Position numbers and translations under genes: made by a program. Under the pieces are notes generated by a model, which saw only the letters and a program-made list of their open reading frames with translations, ran no database searches and was not told the origin of the DNA. A stretch of 64,000 nt of DNA from Marsupella aquatica (Eukaryota; Plantae; Marchantiophyta): positions 13,904,359 to 13,968,358 of the forward strand of contig OZ316893.1 of NCBI GenBank assembly GCA_973895155.1. The letters are read 5' to 3'. Shown here one piece after another: positions 59,775 to 64,000 of this stretch (position 1 is the stretch's first letter; each line of letters begins with the position of its first letter).

Positions 59775-61216
59775 TTTGCAAGCGTTGCCCGGCGTCATCC
59801 GGTTGTGATGTTCATAGGTGTCCCACCGATGATGGGCTTGTGTGAAAGGACAAAAGGCAGCCATGGACTATCCTTGACAAGGTCAAGGCACGAAGCCTCG
59901 GAGCTTTTGCAATGGTCACGGACACAATTAGCAATTGGATTGCTCATTCAATCCGAGATTCCAATGCCTATCTCAGCGGTCTTGCCAACCAACGATACTG
60001 GTGCTTGCACTCAAATAAACAAGAAAAAGTTGCAACTTTCAAGCTAGCACTGGGGAATTCCTTGCAAAGTAGTAGCTCATTTGAGAGGACTGGGCCTGCC
60101 TCATAAAAATTGGTCATCACAAGATATGTAACCCAGATCTTTTGATGTTTTGAAGTTCACATGTTTAATTTTGGAAAAAGCCATGAACAATCGATTTTTT
60201 CTTATCACCAGAGTTCGAAGCAGGAAGAAGAAATGCAGGTCTGTGTTGAATGTCCCCTGGTCACCTTGTGTCGGTTTCCGTGCAAGTAGTTGAAATGTTC
60301 TAAATGACCATTTGTTGTGATGCTCGTTTAGTGCAATCTCCGACTCAGACGTCCTGTCGTTTCTTCCATTGCCGGGAGGGAAATGTTTTGTTACAATTCG
60401 TGTATCCGATACTTGGTGCCGATAATCACAAAAGGATGAGGGGGGCCACACAAAGGGGTAAGCGAAATTTAGGTTTTACTCTTCTGGCAGGTCTGGTCTT
60501 TAAATACCGCTACCTGCAGGTGATGATCTGAAGTGCCATTTTCTTCACCAGGGTCTGCAATATGTGGTATAACATGCTTATGTGCAACTGATTCCTCATA
60601 CGTGCACCAATGAAAACTCCGAGTAACTCTCTGACAGACAGTAGAAAATCTCGGAGAACAGCTATTCGTCACTAATTGCTCAAATCACGCAAGCAAGTGA
60701 TGTGGTTATGAGTTCTCGATGGTACTTGTTAAACGTATGGGTAGGAAAGCAGACCACGCTCGATGCACTGCAAAAGATAGTCACGAACTTCGTCTGGGCA
60801 GGAGAGAGAGAATGAGAAGGGTCACGAACAGTTCCCTTCACCAGTGGGCAACGTGATTCTCATGGCAACCGAACGCACGGGAACTTTAATATTGACTTTA
60901 CACCAACATAGGGGCGCCTTCGAAAATTGGTATTTGTGGCAGCTAATTGATTGAATTCCAGCTACTCAAAGCTGGCGTTTCCCTAGTTTTCTAGGAACAG
61001 ACATGGTGACCAAGATGTGACCAACCGCCACGAAAAGGCAGTCCAGTGTATTTTGTGCACAAGATGAGACTAATCTCATCGAGAAGACTTAGTTGTGAAG
61101 TCTACCACATGTGTGACAAAGGAGACGACCCAATGCATCTATACTATCTTAAATAAACATGAGAAGAGTGTAGCGAGTCTAGGATTTGGTCAACAAGACC
61201 TTGCAAGGTTGAGCAG

Positions 61217-61430
61217 GGGTTGCCATACCATATATATAAGAGGGGTTGCCATAATTAAATAAATATAACAGTGCAAAAGAACAAAGAGTGCCATGTGGTT
61301 GCCATGCATATAACACCATGTATATATCAGTGCCAAACAACAAAAATGGTCATAGTGTGGTTGCCAGATATATATAACACCGCCAACGAGCAAAAAGTGC
61401 CATACCATCGTTGCCATGTATATAACACTT
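61217..61430. repeat. Degenerate GGTTGCCAT...TATATAACA repeats
   Basis: About 5 copies of (G)GTTGCCA, most followed by TATATAA, at irregular 27-60 bp spacing; may be transposon subterminal repeats. Confidence 0.55.
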
Positions 61431-64000
61431 CCAAAGATTGAACAAAAAGCTCCATATTGGGAGAAAGCCAAAGGCAGGAAACCTGATAAAGGGGGGAAAA
61501 GAAGAGAAAATCCAAGAAGACCAAAGAGTCAAACAGCCCAAGAGTCCCCATATGAGGTCACAGACCAAATACATCTAAAGTGAGTTGAGCCTAATTATAC
61601 TTTGGTTCTTGACCATCAAAGCCCCTCTATAGAGCAAGACCTGTGTTATGAGTTAGTCCTACAATTAGTTCGAGGACCCCTTGGTTATGTAAGCTTGTTT
61701 TATTGAAGTATTTGGAGCCATGGAAGAGTTGCACATTGTAATAGATAGATCAAAGGACAATTGAAAGATTAAATAAAATAATCTAAATGAAGTGAAATTT
61801 AAAGGTAGTTAGGAGAATGTCATTGAAGACAAATAGAAGTACATTCATGGTAATGCCAAGGGTAATTCTATATGCAAAATGCTTCCCGTAGTATCTCTAT
61901 GTCTATACAATACATGTACATAACATTCCATATAGTTATTGCAAAAGATTACTTTGTCCATAGTAGTTGAAAGGCCTTAGAGTCCCTTGGTATTCCTCTA
62001 CCCATAGTAGTTATGGTGTTTCTTACCTTTGCATTGTTACTCCCTTTTCAATAGTAGCCACAATTTTCCTTAAGTTACCTTGGTAAATTAATATTAGAGA
62101 AGTTGAAACGCTTTTTGGGTTTCTTATGTTACCTTGGTAAATGTTAGTTAGTTGAAGAGTTTCTTTCTACTGGTCATTATTTAAAAAATGTATAAATTAG
62201 ATAGAAAATTGAAACAAATTACCAGAAACACTGAAATATATCACAACTCATCCAAAGATTATTTTCTTTCACTCCATTTTACCCTTTTCTTTGTTAACTT
62301 GAAATGCTACTTTTCAGTTTTCTATTGTTTTTACAATTACAGGGTCTTTAAGTGTATTTTTTTTGCCTTGTCTCAAATACAAATAGTCAAATTTGGTTGT
62401 TCTTGCATACCTAACAGTTATTGTTTGTGACAAATCATGTTGATGTGGTTGCACATGCATCCAAGATTTTTGGAAGAAACTTCCCATGAGGGACAGTAAA
62501 TAGCAGCATTTGCATCATTTATAATGGACATATCCATACACATATTCCTTGCAAAACCTTTGCAAAAGGATTGGGATAGCCAAGTAAAATTATGGCACAC
62601 ACTCAGGTCAATTGTAAGCTGGGAGCTTCTGGAAGGATAGAAGCTCAAATTTCCTCAAGCACTACCCAAACCAATCCATATGTGGTCATTCCAAATAGTG
62701 GTAATGATTCACTGGCAATGTACATCAAGTGTGAATTGCAAAGCACTATTGGACCAAACTTAACTTGGATACGTACCTGTTTCATGTACTCGGTTGGGTA
62801 ACTAACAATACAAGTACTCTGATTACAATTTTCATCAAGAATGAATGAAAATCACTGCTGGCAAAATCTTGCTCAACAGGGTGCGATCTCAACTATGATC
62901 TCAACATACTTGATGGCCAGACTCGTCTAATGCACCAAACTCTACATTCACCGTATGCCATTGGCCCTCATAGGAGCCCTCTACTCTACTCTTATTACAT
63001 TGAACTACTGTTTTAGCCACCCCTCAACTACAAGTGTAAAACCTCGTTACAGAATTTAAGGGAGTTGTTTCTCCGGTAGCATATGATTTCTTTTTGTTTC
63101 AAAAGACCCCAAAAGACATGTATAATTAACCATACTGATTTCACCTTGCATTTGCATTTACAACAGATATCAGAGTTCCGGTTGATCATAAGTAAGCTTT
63201 CAGCTGTTCACTGCCTGGTTCAAGAAATTAAGTGTGGGTTTACGGTAAATTTCTTCATAGTTTTCAGTGTACTGGGTTCCAGTTCTACAATGGAGGGTTG
63301 CACCGTATAAGAAGTGTCAACCAGAATATATGACACAAAAAGTATCAAAGGGGGTCCACTCTGCATCAGAAGTTTCATATCTGCCAATCATGCCAGATTT
63401 TCCAGCCAGGAGGTTAATCAAGCTAATGCCTCATTGAAATGATGGTTCTCATGATGGTCCCAAAACATATTTTACAACCATTTGTTACAAACCATATTGT
63501 TTACCTTATTGTGATCTTGTAAGTTTGGTCACGGGCCTAATTATTTAATTTGCTCATGAACCCCATGGCAATTCGGTAGGTTAAATTGAGGGGAGATTGA
63601 ACCATGAACCCACCAGTCATGAACCCACCAGCTGGAACGTTATAGAACCTGAGCAGCGAGCACTCCTACAGTGGTCATAATTATGCTTTGTTTGGGTAAG
63701 TACAGTTAGTAGGTTAGCCTTTTACATAGTTGACTAAGCACATATCTTGGCGCTGGGCTCAATGGCTCTTTGGCTCTTTGGTACCTCGAACTTTGATCCA
63801 CTTAGGGCCCACCTAAGTAGTCCACCCCAAGTATCGTGCTTTCTGAATGGATTACATAAACATATGATTATAACTCAATTTTCCTTGAAAGCAACTCAAC
63901 CATGTCTTGAACCAGGTCCAGCAGAGGCTCAAAATAGTCCGACCGTATGTTGGGCATGCAGGCATGCCAGTTACAATTGAGATGTAGTTCGGTGAGTTAC

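Overview
Eukaryotic nuclear DNA, most likely a land plant and probably a bryophyte/liverwort (inferred from intron-rich genes, plastid-targeted products, telo-boxes and Copia/L1 elements; species not determinable). Recognisable genes: SRT1 sirtuin (14 coding exons, +), tRNA-Val(TAC), ARL1 GTPase (8 exons, U12-type intron 1, +), plastid ribosomal protein L17 (2 exons, -) and a degenerate DEAD-box-like protein (7 exons, +). Two genes I cannot assign: a 246-aa ORF just upstream of the tRNA, and a 2-exon 229-aa protein with an apparent bipartite plastid/thylakoid-lumen targeting signal. Mobile elements: a decayed L1-type LINE, a full-length decayed Ty1/Copia element with 344-bp LTRs and a TSD, two solo LTRs of that lineage, and two non-autonomous DNA elements sharing unusual CCCTGGGCCCTCA-type TIRs with 8-bp TSDs. 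All exon boundaries and alignments were done by eye; no database search was run.
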